Assembly (NCBI GenBank): GCA_011109175.1 | Contig: RDEW01000098.1 | Location: 24,367 to 88,366, forward strand | Length of the DNA: 64,000 nucleotides | Source of the DNA: Dicyema japonicum | Lineage: Eukaryota; Animalia; Dicyemida | Direction of reading: 5' to 3' | Part shown: one piece after another, positions 1 to 12,230 of the stretch | How positions within the stretch are numbered: position 1 is the first letter of the stretch | How the letters are laid out: each line of letters starts with the position of its first letter | The notes under the pieces: generated by a model | Databases searched by the model: none | What the model was told of the DNA's origin: nothing | Seen by the model: the letters and a program-made list of their open reading frames with translations, nothing else | Translations under genes and position numbers: made by a program

Positions 1-328
1 TTTATATTTATTTACAATATCTCGTTCAGTAAGATGTTCATTTTCACTTATTTCCTTAGCAAATTTAACCCTTAACTCAATACTAAGCTTACGAGCCATA
101 ACCACAAGAATGCAAAAATTACACGAGGCTTCAAAATAAAATTTTAAATAATTAATTTTAATATTAATTGCAAATATGTATAAAATTTAAAATTCCAGTG
201 CCTTACTTAGAGTTCCTATAATTTAAAAATTTGGAAAATATTGCATAAAAATTATCTTATTTTTTAAACTACCTAAAAAACAGAGGTTTCTCCAAATCAG
301 AGGTTTGCCCCAAATGTAAGTCATACTG
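1..328 (-). mobile_element. 5' end of a pogo/Tigger-like DNA transposon
   Basis: TA + CAGTATGAC terminus at 330-320 on the minus strand, followed by a decayed HTH-like peptide (SIELRVKFAKEISENEHLTER). Confidence 0.4.
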
Positions 329-334
329 TAGTAA

Positions 335-660
335 GTTTCGATCGGCTGAGTTATATTTTCTCAATTCTTTCGCTCAAGCTCTTAAGAGAACAACTCCCCA
401 ATACCATGTCTTGTCAATAACTCAATATCGATATCATTTATTGTGATTGTCCGATGCGACTAATGCGAATTTATGTTCTACCAGCTTGCTCTCTAGTTTT
501 GAATATATGCTGCTATAGAATCACTTTGAGTGTGTTGTGCTTACGTAACTTGCATATACCATTACAGGTTAGCACTAGGAGTACTATATTTACTTTACTT
601 CGACTCGTTTTAATACCTATTGTTACTTGATCTCTATAACCAGTCCAAGAAAATCTATAA
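335..660 (-). mobile_element. Decayed RTE/BovB-type LINE 3' fragment
   Basis: Minus-strand peptides RFSWT and KHNTLKVIL*QHIFKTREQAGRT resemble the RTE C-terminal SWxD...ILxG...RxxGR pattern. Confidence 0.3.
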
Positions 661-664
661 AACC

Positions 665-737
665 AGCAAATAGCATATTGGTTAGTCTAGTCGCTCTAGT
701 CGGGATTAGCTGTAAGTTCGATTCCTACACAGCTACC
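665..737 (+). other. tRNA-like remnant or tRNA-derived SINE head
   Basis: A-box-like TAGCATATTGGTTAG and B-box-like GTAAGTTCGATTCCTAC at tRNA spacing. The acceptor stem does not pair. Confidence 0.25.
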
Positions 738-1578
738 TAATTGTCGGAGGATTCTATTCTAATCTTTGATTTCGCCAAATCCTAAAGGTATTAAGTGATC
801 AACTTTTTCAGGAGACGTCCAGTTCCTCGTCGACATCGAATATGGATGGACTTGTTATTTGGAAAGAACTCGTCTTACTTCGACCGTGGGAACTGGAATA
901 CTTTAAATGGAAGTTCATATCTTTCAGGTATATCCGGGTTATTAGATAAAACTAAATAACCATTAGTCTGTTTTTTAAGATAAATGTTTAATTATCGCCT
1001 AATAAATAGCACCAACCATAATTTTTATCCTGGAATCCTAAGCAAATCAACTTTCTTTGTAAAAACTTCTCTTAAACTGAAATTCTTTTATTTGATGTTC
1101 CATTTGTTCTTTATTCCAGAAACGTTAAGGGAGACATACGAAGGCGATGTATACTCATTAAAGAACAATGTCATCGACTTTCAAGATCCATCAGGTTCAA
1201 TTCTCTAGCACGGTTCGTGTCGCCTCTTCATGACTTTGATGTCTCACATGGGTGGGGTCTGGTTTAAAAGCAGACAAATTGATTAGACGGACTTAATTCT
1301 TACAATCTTTTGTAGTCTACACGAAATAGAGATCCATTATCTCAGATTGTATATTTAGGTTAATCACATGAATTTATTCCAGTTTTGTGTAGTTTCACTA
1401 AAGGATGAGTCATACAAAATGACTAAATTAACGATAAAGCGATCAAAATGTTAAATATCACACCAATTAACGAATTACCTACCATATGCTAAGCGAATCA
1501 GTGGAGAAACCATCAGAGTCCGCTTTATATGGAATTTTAGGGGGCGAAAAATTCGGTGGAGAGCTCGATTTTCATAAT

Positions 1579-2022
1579 CTAAAATGATGTGAAATGCCCA
1601 ATACAGTTAACTAAGTCTACTGACATATTCTTTGGCAATTTTTTTAATTTGAAATTCAATGATTTTTTCCGATGTTCCAATGCGGGTGACCACGGTAGCT
1701 TTTTCATAGAAGAACTCAATTCTGATAAGGTTTGGTAATCTGAATCGTATTCGTTACTCGAATTATTTTTTGTTGATGCAAATCTTCCAAATTTTTGAGT
1801 GTCTTGAGAAATAGTCTGCTGTAGTGTTTCAGGCTCCATAGATGCTTCGATTATAGAAATTTGGGAGTGTGGTCTCAAAACATTTGCTTCGCCCGATAGG
1901 CACTCATTTGTTTCAAAAGGAGATCTTGATCTGGTCGAAACTGGTTCAAGTGCAGACATTTCGTTAAATTTCTTTATTAATTTTGAAACTCTTGAGTCTT
2001 CAATGTTAAGAATTTCACTCAT
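1579..2022 (-). CDS. Hypothetical Ser-rich protein, family A (VSxLIKxFN and KLPWSPxLxxRKK motifs)
   Basis: 147-aa ORF sharing two motifs with the ORF at 3763-4383. Confidence 0.5.
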   Translation of the reverse strand: MSEILNIEDSRVSKLIKKFNEMSALEPVSTRSRSPFETNECLSGEANVLRPHSQISIIEASMEPETLQQTISQDTQKFGRFASTKNNSSNEYDSDYQTLSELSSSMKKLPWSPALEHRKKSLNFKLKKLPKNMSVDLVNCIGHFTSF

Positions 2023-2099
2023 TTCTAAATGTCTAATATAGGGTTAGGGTCATATACCTTCTTTCTCCAGCTTCAATTTTCAAAATTATGCCGTATTTG

Positions 2100-3650
2100 A
2101 CTTAATATCGAATTATTCTTAATATTTCGGAGAAATTTGACAGAAAATTTCCTGGTTTTATTAGAGTATTTAAACACTGATTCAAGAATTTTATAAAATT
2201 TTTAATATGAGTCCCTTCTATAAACAAATAATAAGAGGACAGATTGGTGAACGATCTCTGAGTCTCTTTTGTGGACAAGTATTGACTTTGCAGCTGAAAT
2301 TAATCATTGGATTCATATTTTGGTGAAAAATGGGGATGACAAAAAACCAGTTCTATTCCTCGTAAGTAGAAGATGATGTAAAGAAAGATACTGGAGTAGA
2401 AATGGATAAGTATTTAATAAAAAGTTCACCGGCCTTCACTTGTTAAGCCTAGTGAACCGTTTATAAATCGAGCCTTTATATTTCTCAGCTTGGGGAATCT
2501 TATCTCCCAATAAATTTATAAGGGAGTGGCGATCTCACTTCAAATTGTCATCCAAACAGTAAGGATGATGTATACGGAAGATATCCCGTACAAATTAATG
2601 TTAAAGTCACAGGAAGACATGGATAACAACGACCAGTAGCATATCCACAAATGTTATCATTGGAGATATGGTTGATATTGGAACGAGTTCTTGGAATTAT
2701 GTAGTACGTTCAGGATATTTTGGTACTGTAATCGGATACAATAAAGTTTATGAAACATTATTTTGCTTAAAAAACAAAGATTAACATTATTATTTAATCG
2801 CATTAAAATGACTTCACAATTTGTGTGATTTGGATCTTTTGACAGAACGTAGAGTCTGATGACATCGGATCGTACAGTAGTGGTCTTCAATCAAAAAGAT
2901 GGACTTTTAGGCAAAAGTCAGTTCCCGTCAAACAGATCTCATTCGTGAGGCACGAGCCCTTCTGGCATGCAACAGTTGTTGAACAGGATCTTCTTAACTT
3001 CTTCATAAGAAAATCTACTGGTAAAAACTCTACTTATGAATGAAGTGATGTCCGCTATGATATAACGTGTGATGAAGATGAAAGAGGATTGACTGAATTT
3101 TCCACCTCTTTCATATCGGAAGGCTCATTCGTCTTCGAAACTTAAGGGGAGGTTGGATGAATTAGTAGAGGAATCATCAATGAAATCGAATTGCGATTTT
3201 AATGCGTTTCATGGAGAGGACACAGGGCCATCAGGTGATCTTGAAATCCTTAAACAACCTCCTTACTATTGCTCGCTGTCCGACCCAAGATCCAACACAC
3301 TTCTTCTATGCTCGTGTTACTTACAAAAATAATGGATGTGCCAATTTGGACTCCCATTTATCTTCAGTCTCCTTAATTTTCATTAAGTTCATTAACCTGG
3401 ATACTCCGAGAAATGACTAAATACTTAACGACTACTTAAAGAGACTTACTAACATCACACAAGCTCATCCATAACCAGGTATGGAAACCTCTTCGGAGGA
3501 GTGAGGGGAACAAATGATCTTTTTTCTTGACACCCTGTAATTGAGACAGGTAGATAGTATAAAGACGTCATTCTAATAGAACGATAGAAGGAACAGAGGA
3601 AACGGGGAGAAACCTTTATCCAAGTAGCAAGTGTGGAAATCAAGCCCAAT
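2100..3650 (-). pseudogene. Degraded coding island of unknown origin (202-codon frame interrupted only by TGA)
   Basis: The frame 3262-2657 has no TAA/TAG, six TGA and no TGG. The same frame continues to about 2100 with scattered TAA. Confidence 0.35.
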
Positions 3651-3762
3651 GATATGTCTTTCTAATCACTAAACTACTTTTTTTAAATTTAAAATTAAAA
3701 AAAATTTTTTCGTTGATTAAATTCAATGTTTTTATTCACAAAAAAATAACAAGATGAGTGTT

Positions 3763-4383
3763 TCACATAATCGGAGTCAAGTCATTAGCATTCTTTACGG
3801 ATAATCTTGATAATTTTTTGTGAGTCGGTAAAGCTCGCAACAACGGAAGAATATCCACAGACTTCGATTGTAAGTATGATAATTTTTTTCGCTGCTGTAA
3901 AATTGGAGACCACGGTAATTTATCCATTATTGAAATACACTCATATAAATCAAACACGTCTGATAAGTCCATGCGAGAAGATAGAATCGAGGACCACAGA
4001 CAATTACTCATGGAACTTTTTTTGGGGAAAGTAAATATTTGCCACAATCTGTTGCCATAAGAGACTGACTCGGATTTTAAAGATTTTGTTCTCTTGTCGA
4101 GTATTGGGGAATATTGTGTTGGCCCCTTCAATATTTTTTCTAATTTCTGCGATGATTTTTTCGATTGCTGTGTCATTTCAAAAGTTGAAGTTGATTTTGG
4201 TTTCTTAAATTTTTCTGAAAGTTGGAATTTCAATCTCAGAAGTTGATTGTGTTGGATTTCACTTTTTCCTAGCGTTTCGGTTGGTTTGAATGGCACTGAC
4301 AATTCTTTGGATAATTTGTTAAATAATTTTATTAATTTTAAAACTTTTGTTTCATACGTGTCACTTCGAATATCTCCCTCCAT
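3763..4383 (-). CDS. Hypothetical protein, family A, with internally repeated SPILxxRxKL units
   Basis: 206-aa ORF. KVLKLIKLFNKLS and MDKLPWSPILQQRKKLS match the ORF at 1579-2022. Confidence 0.5.
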   Translation of the reverse strand: MEGDIRSDTYETKVLKLIKLFNKLSKELSVPFKPTETLGKSEIQHNQLLRLKFQLSEKFKKPKSTSTFEMTQQSKKSSQKLEKILKGPTQYSPILDKRTKSLKSESVSYGNRLWQIFTFPKKSSMSNCLWSSILSSRMDLSDVFDLYECISIMDKLPWSPILQQRKKLSYLQSKSVDILPLLRALPTHKKLSRLSVKNANDLTPIM

Positions 4384-4893
4384 TTATGTATTATTCTGTA
4401 TTTTCCAAATTTTCCGCAAATTCGACATAAATAGGGAACATTCATGCGTGCATTTATTTGCATTTTTCATGGAAAATCGATTGTTTCCTGAAGTAACAAT
4501 TTTCGTATCATTGAGTGGAGAACTAAAGTTCGCTCAGGATTACCAGTGGATGTTGTGATGGAAGTATTTTTAAGTCGTTAAACTTACAATTGTTCCCCAA
4601 GGAGACGCACAGTGCTTGGCGGAGTAGGATAAAGATCTCGACTTTTCCTACTCCAGTAGAGGGCTCCCTAAGATGGCGGGTATGGATGGATATGATGCTA
4701 GAAAAAGATGCGTCTCAGTCTGACCGTGGAAAATAGGAAGACAAAACGATAAGAGTTATCGTTTAATTATGCAATCCCAGTGTCCGTGCAGCGATTCCAC
4801 CGACTATTTGCCTTGGAACCGTAGATTAATCATTAGGGAGGAAATAATAAGACATTTTTTAAGATATTAAAAAAATTTTTTTAATAAAATTAA

Positions 4894-5090
4894 ACGGCTG
4901 AGTTCTTTGAGAACTCGGAGGATTGCTTTCCAGAAAGAAAAGGGATCAACGAGAAGGGTTATGGCTAAGACAAAAGATTGGAATAGCCATACTCCGAGGG
5001 AATTCGTTCGCAATCCACGCAGCAGGCTTCCTCAACTGACATTTGTTTAATTGTTAAAAAAATTTTTGTTAAAAAAATAAAATTAAACCA
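4894..5090 (+). mobile_element. 5'-truncated CRE retrotransposon 3' end (subfamily 1)
   Basis: Encodes ...RGNSFAIHAAGFLN*, near-identical to 24610-24770. ATAAAATTAAAC is repeated on both sides (candidate target duplication). Confidence 0.7.
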
Positions 5091-5539
5091 CTCTTATCAT
5101 ATCTTTTAATAACATAATTTTCAATATCTCCCTTTACAGAAGTAGAACTGATCTTTTTAAAATCTGCATAACGTTCTTTGATTAAATAACGTGAGTTATG
5201 CAATTTTTTTGAAATTAGATTTTAACCATTGATATTTCATAATTTTAGAGTTTATGAAGGCAAATTTCCATTCATTATTGATTGCTTCACATTGGCAACA
5301 ATAATCCACCCTCTTCAAAATTGTTACTGTGTCTTTTATTGCAAGGAGATTTTCGGAATAATAAATGCTAAGAAACTACCCATCTGAGAAAATTACATAT
5401 GGAGGTAATTTAATACAATCCCTAATTATAAGCCCTAACACTATCTTCAAACCCTAACCTTTATCCCTAAACCTAAAAAATGTCATAAAATCTATCCACT
5501 TAAAATAAACACCTTTTTTCGTTGATTGATTGTAATCAC

Positions 5540-5875
5540 AATCCATTCGTAGAATAACTCTATCTCCTATATTCATTGATTCTTCATCATTTTCCATCTT
5601 TTCTTTCGCATTTTTTCTGCAGCTATCAAAGTATGCCTTTGAACAAAATCCCTTGACAAAGATAAGCCTTCTTCTTCATACTGTGGTAATCTATTTAAAC
5701 GTTCAACCGATATTTGTGGCGGATGATCCACTCCAATTAAAAATCTTGAATGGAGCTTGTTGGTGCTCTCATGATTGGTAATATTGTGACTGAATACAAT
5801 ATCTCCCAGACTGGATTGATATTTCCCCAGATTTCCTTCAGTAGAAGAAGCGGATGATAACCGTTTTTTTAAGAG
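5540..5875 (-). mobile_element. Ginger/GIN-type (rve integrase) transposase fragment
   Basis: GDIVFSHNITNHESTNK...LIGVD and IGDRVIL resemble the C-terminal part of a KRBA2/SCAND3-like integrase. Confidence 0.4.
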
Positions 5876-6364
5876 ATTGATTTAACCTATACATTATTAT
5901 ATAAATGATAACTCTCTACCTGGCCTAGAACCAACGGTGCTCTTGTTCTTCTAAAATATGTTTAACATTTAGCCTGTCACAAATTTATTTGAGAAAAGAG
6001 TTTCTGAACTCCAGACCATTGTCTGTTTGAAGTATAATAGTGATCCATGGGTGTAAAAAAATTTCTGGAAAATCTGAGATATTTGCACTTCCTGGAAAGC
6101 GACGCATCAAGAAATCCATTTTCTAGATATTCAATTATCTGACGCAACGTATCCATGTTCAGCTTTAAACTTAATACCATGTGCAGTAATAAAATTATTT
6201 TTTTTAAATTTAAATATTAATAAAGTTTTTTTGTTAATTAAAAATAATAAAAAATCATTAAAATGACACTCTATTCATATTGACTAAATTTTTGATACTT
6301 TATGTTTAAAATATTAACGATTTAACTAAAAATTACATTATTCAACTCAGAAAAATCTGAATTA

Positions 6365-7450
6365 GTTAGTTTGAGCACATTCGTGTTACCAGTAAGCACT
6401 GTTAATGGTTTTGTTTGTGCCATGTTTTCGATTATACTTTCGATTAGTCTTTTCCATTTTTTCGATGTCGTGCTCATTTCCTGATTTCGTCCAGATCGTC
6501 CGCATCTATCTGTCGGCCCCCGATCACTGCGTAATCCTTTGCAAGTGTCCTAGGAAGACAAGTTCTTGGAAGTCCACTGAATGCAGGAGATACAGTATGC
6601 CGAAAAATTCTTCCATGGCCGCATTGCATGGTGTCTGTTTAACCATCCGTAGAATATGTCCAAAAAAGCGCCAGCAGGATTCAAGTACGTTCAGGCATGT
6701 TGGTCCACAATCAGTCAGTCTGTATAATTTATTGTTTGAGATTTTCTTTGGCCAAGAGTATCCAAGGAGTTTTTTTAGTTGGCCTCTGTGAAACGAGTCA
6801 ATTTGTTCCATATCTTTCTTTGATGTCAAGTTGTTCCATATCCCAAGTACCAGCGTTGTACATGAGGACTGGTCGGACAAATCATTATATAAGCGTAATC
6901 GCATCTTAGAAGGAATTTGATTCTTTCTCATCAGAATGGATTGTAATTTTTTAAGTGCTATTGTGGCCAATATCTTTCGTTGTGTTATATCTTCTGAATC
7001 GCAAATTAACGATCCGAGTTTTCGGGTGTTCCATCACTTCTCAACGCGGGTTGGCGTTCTTTCAATGGTGGTTATTTCAGATTTGTCTTCATTTACTTTA
7101 ATGGGGCCACTTACTCAAAGTTGTTTTGGCTTCCTCCATTATATAGTCTATAAATTCCCGATCTTCTGGGACAAAATCGACGTCATCCGCGTAAAAGAAC
7201 CTCGACAGATTATCGGGAGCGGATTTTAGTGATTCCCCCGAGACTCCATCACATCCTGCAGCTCTGTTATTGTTCATATAGTGGAATGCTTCTAGGACCT
7301 CCGAATGTGTTATTTCGTTTGACAAGCTCCACGGATATTCAAAAATATGGGTCTATAGGCTAATTTAAGTGAAACGGTTTGTTTTGATGAATTTGACAAT
7401 TTTGTATTTTTTTGAGCCAACTTCATAGACACTTACGGTCAAAACCAAGT
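6365..7450 (-). mobile_element. RTE-clade LINE, decayed and internally deleted
   Basis: RAAGCDGVSGE, FYADDVDF, DSFHRGQLKKLLGYSWPKKISN, WRFFGHILRM. Homologous to the RTE at 58499-60298. Confidence 0.8.
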
Positions 7451-7539
7451 TGTCTAGATGCTTCTCCAATGTTTCCTTTGCACTCTAACAATTTTTTTAA
7501 TGCGGAAAGTTTTTCTTATAATTTTTTAATTTATTTAAC

Positions 7540-8090
7540 AAATAATGTAATTAAATTAAAACAGCAATTCATCTAAAGTGGTCCCCGCTGATTTTATCGA
7601 CGTTGCGCTGCGTCTCAAGATTGCAACAGAGATCAACTGGAGAAACCACGGGGTCTCACATGCAACGTGGCTTTTTAGTGTTGCTAGGCGTTCAAGTTTC
7701 TCTAGGAAAAGAAGCGATTTTCCACTTATTCGTCCAGTTGTCTCGACCACAATGAGATAGAAAGTGAACCGATCGTGCAATGCTTCATTTTTTTCTCCTT
7801 TGCTTTTATTGTTTTTCCGCAGAATACAGTGTGACAACTGCGCTCCCGACAATGTTGGATGGGCAAAGTGAGTCGACAGTGGTAGCATCCCAGACCAAAG
7901 GTTTCCCCTTTTCGAATAGGAAAATTGTGATCCCGTCGGGACGTTTTCTGTCTCCTCTGTCCAAGCCAACAGGTTTAAGTATGGCTGGGTATCCCGCAGA
8001 CTCAAGGGCTCGATGAAAATTCAGTTGATTTTCTTTGATTGATAAGACTTTCTTCTTTGCCATTCAACAGTTTGTAACCTAGAGCTTTGT
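7540..8090 (-). mobile_element. CRE retrotransposon 3' fragment (subfamily 2, RLE domain)
   Basis: RALESAG...KRPDGITIF...LVWDATTVD, then VVETTG...WFLQLISVAI. Confidence 0.8.
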
Positions 8091-8734
8091 TCACTTAATT
8101 TGTTCATGTCAAAGATAATGTGCGTATTTGAAATAAATATATTAAATAACTTAAAAAAATTAATTTATAAAATTTAATTTAAAAAAATCGTGCCAAATTT
8201 TTTCCGAAAATGGGCTTATTTTCGGAAACCAGGTATTAGTTTTTGGAAATTGCTTTTGAAATTCATTCCTTATTTTTCATCTTAGTTCTAATAATTTTAA
8301 TAATTGAGAAAATACAAATTACATATCACGTAATCCCGATGCATTCTAACAGAGACCTCATCTTTGCCCGGACTGCTAGTGATTTAAAAAGAAATGAAAA
8401 AATACTAAAAAATAATTAAAATAATTATGTTTTACTTTAGGACAATTTTATTTTTTAAATAGGACAATGTCCTATTTTTTGTCCTAAATAGAACAATTTC
8501 CCTATTAATCATACTTCTGATGTTTCCTAAGTATGTTATGAAGGGGATAAGCTACGCTTACCTATAAGAAATAAAGACATGAAGAGCACTAGAGCTACGT
8601 CATAGTGCAGCATAACTATCTCACCACCTTAACTTTCTGATCAAATAACCACTAGACTTACTGATCCTTTGAAATTTCAAATCCAATTAAGAGACAAATA
8701 AATCGATAAAAATTTAATATTAATAATAACCGGC

Positions 8735-11620
8735 TCAATCAGTGAATGAATTGCAATATTCAGCATATGTTTCATCAAACTCATCAACAGATTCATCGTT
8801 GGATAATAATAAATCTTCGAAGATTATTGAATCTACTAAATGAATGTGAAATAACTACCACTAATCGATATCTTCTTAGATGTCATTCTACGAGGTGGCA
8901 ATATAGGCGGAGATTCATAGGTAGATGAACCCAAATCTGAAAAGGAACGTAACTCGAATGATTTCACTGGATGAGATTCGAACTCAATCCTTTAATATTT
9001 CTTTTTGGTGGTAAGTCAGGTACTTTCACTGATTGACTTCTCGTAGTAGTAGCAGATATTGACTGTTGGACCACAGAAGTTTGAAATCTTGGTGGCAGTT
9101 CTGACGACTTTAATAGTGGCTTGTTTGTAATATCGTCGACGAAGGTGATTGGATCCTAAAATTTGAGGCTTTCATTTGTTGTTTGAGTTCAGGTTTTTCT
9201 TGTGCAATATTTCTTTTTGGTGGTAAGTCTGGTACTTTCACTGATTGACTCTTGTAGGATTAGCAGATATTGACTGTTGGACCACAGAAGTTTGACAATC
9301 TCTAGGTGGCAATTCTGACGACTTTAATGATGGTTGTTAGTAATATTCGTGACGAAACGATTGAATCTAAATTTAAGGCTTTAGTTTGTTGTGAGTTCAG
9401 GTTTTTTCTAGTGCAATGTTTCTTTTTGGTGGTAAGTCTGGTACTTTCACTGATTGACTCCTTGTAGGATTAGCAGATATTGACTGTTGGACCACCGAAG
9501 TTTGACAATCTTTGGTGGCAGTTCTGACGACTTTAATAATGGCTTGTTTGTAATATCCGTCGATGACGACGATTGAATCTTAAATTTTAAGGCTTTAGTT
9601 TGTTTTGGGAGTTCAGGTTTTACAGGTGGGTCTTTTTCTTTAAATACAGATTGTATTTTCAAGAATTTTCTTTGTGTAGATTGGTTGTTTAGTGGTGTTT
9701 TTGCTTGCTTTGGTTAGGCTCGACATAAATTTGATTGAAATTCTTTATTAAATCTGAAACGTTGTTATCTTCGCTATTTTTTGCTCGCATGTTTCTATCC
9801 ATTCATAATTCTGTGTATTCTTTGTACGTCAGTTGATTATATATTACAGCCTACTTTTACCGAAAACCGATTTCTTGGAAGTTTATTAGTTTCCGGGTTC
9901 GAAATAAATTTGCATACTTTTTGCGAATTTGAATCTATATCCTGAACTACTTTTTGCAGTTTCAGTAAAAATGATATAAATAGAATTTTTAATATTTAAT
10001 GGTTAAGCGAATACGAGTAGGTAAACTCTGGAGGATGGGGTAGACTCGATATCGGTGAAAATACGAAGTTGGTTAAATCTGGAGTAAATTTTTGAAAGTA
10101 CCCGTTTCAGATTTATAAAATAAACCAGTTTTTTGAATTTCTAGTGAATTATCAATTCTAGGAGAATTGACTGTGCGTCCTTTCGGTAATGGCGGGGGAG
10201 TATTAGGAGCATTGTCTAAATAGAATATTTGGGGTACAAATTTCGTAATGCTTCGATTGTCGAACGGGTTTTTCCAGGCATGTTGGTTTCCCTGTTGTAG
10301 GGGATGATCAATATTTTGAGTTTCTGTTATATCTGATAAATCATCCGAGAAGCATATATATCTATCGTTACCCTTATTAAAATACTTTCTGAATTTGCAG
10401 GGTTCTTTAGGGGGAGGCTGATTTTTCTTGTCGAAGATATTTGGCCTATAATCGGAGGTTTAAATTTGGTATTCTAAGAATTGGTGGAGTCGTAGTTTCT
10501 GTAGTACATATTATTATTGTCGATTACCAATTTAGCTGACTAGTTTTTTTGGTGGATGGCTCAATTGGAGTTGAATTTTTCGCTGTCGACAAATTTTTGG
10601 TGATTATTTTGGAGTTTGAGATTTTGGTTTCTCAAAATTTTCGACATTTCTGTGTTATATATTATAATACCAATTTGATTTTGTTTAAGGTGCAGAGGTA
10701 CTTCTCTGCTGGTGATTGATTTGAACATCATATATTTTTGGTGAGTGCATCGTGGATCAGAGGACTGCGATGAGCTTTGGGATTTAGGGTTATCTATTCA
10801 CATAAGGATTAGATACCAATTTGCTGATCAATGTTGATTTCCACGTGTGTTTTTGTCTCTGACTTTTTACGTGAAGAATCATCGAATTTTGAAGGCTCAC
10901 AAGAGGCTTATCGGAAAGCGATGAATTTCTGAATAGTTAGAATGTTGATTAGAATACCAGTATGTTTTTCATTTAGTTGGGTTGCGTAGTGCTCCACTGA
11001 TTTTCTACGTGACATGGAATCATCCTTTGTGGTGTTACTGGAACATTAGACTCCGCGGGGTTCAGATTAATATGACGATTAAAATCCGGTTTTTGATTCA
11101 TTTATTGCTGCAAGATTTCTGTAATCCAATATGGACTGATTGTCTATTTTCTTGTGGCTTGTCTGTAGTTTTAGAGATTGGTGGATCTAGATTTAATTGG
11201 GTCTGTCGATAAATTGAATCTCATACTCGTTTTTGGTTGATTTGACACGGATCGGGAGTTTTGAGAGTTACTGTATTCAGATTAGTGAGACTTGAGCTGT
11301 TGGGAGGTGCTACGGATATCAACATGATATAACTAATAATCTTTTGTTGCGAAAACTGGTTTTCAATTGAGTGTTTGGGTTTTGAGCTTTTTTGAAAAAT
11401 GTATGTTTGAGTTTGCGGTTGGTTTTGCTTCTGATTTTTTAGTTAAGATTGAATCGTATGTGTTTACTAGGTCAGACACTTTAGTTTTTTGAGTTTTTGT
11501 TGGTCGGCACTGTCTGAGGCTTGTTTTTGTTCATCACAGTCGATGTGAGATGTTTGCGCATTTTTATATATATCATTACGGAAAATTTCTAGTTATGAAT
11601 GTGATTTGCATATTTTAACC
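8735..11620 (-). CDS. Large low-complexity Pro/Ser/Thr-rich protein (family A related), frameshifted in this assembly
   Basis: Contiguous minus-strand coding-like segments: KVSDLVNTYDSI, NVSDLIKNFNQI, PDLPPKR repeats, TYESPPILPPRR. A 23-nt GT-AG intron at 8836-8858 restores the frame to an acidic C-terminus. Several 1-nt indels; start not located. Confidence 0.5.
9000..9620. repeat. Three tandem ~210-bp coding repeats
   Basis: TTCTTTTTGGTGGTAAGTC recurs at about 9000, 9211 and 9420. Confidence 0.9.
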
Positions 11621-11779
11621 TTTATTTTGTGATTTTCTGAAAGCTGGATTCTGACATCGATGCTATTTAGCTTCAATTCTCGGTCTGGATCGGTTCATTA
11701 GTTAAGGATACTCATTTTGTCTTTTAACTCAGTGATCATTGGACAATAAATATTGACACATATTGACCGTGATCTGTCA

Positions 11780-12230
11780 GCATATTTGTCTGCTGTACGT
11801 GGGCTACATTTAGACAGAGATCGGACATATTTGAAGCTAGCGAGATCAGCTAAAGAGGCACTTGGTCTTGCAAATTTTTGGCTTCTCAAGTGGCCAAGCA
11901 TCCTAGGTTTAAAAAAACAGACTTTCACTTAATTGCTCTAGTTTTCTCGACAGTAATACACGGAACGTCAACCGATTAAGATCGCTTGGTATTTTTTTAT
12001 TTTTAGCGGAAAGTGTTTTTACGCCTCCTTGTAATATTAGTCTCAAAACATGTGAAGTCTCATACCTCCCCTTCAAATGGAAAGATTGCAATTCTGTAAG
12101 CGATATTCTCCTTCCAGACTAGCAAGCAAACTCCAATGCACATATTACTGCACCATTCAGTAATATTGGGAATTCCCAACAATTCCCTGTCATGGAAGAG
12201 CATTTTATTTGTGGTATTGAAAGCTCCACC
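11780..12230 (-). mobile_element. Decayed CRE 3' remnant
   Basis: IAIFPFEGEV*DFTC and ITVEKT correspond to the CRE RLE motifs (G.T.FPF...WD.TC, P.AVET). Confidence 0.45.
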
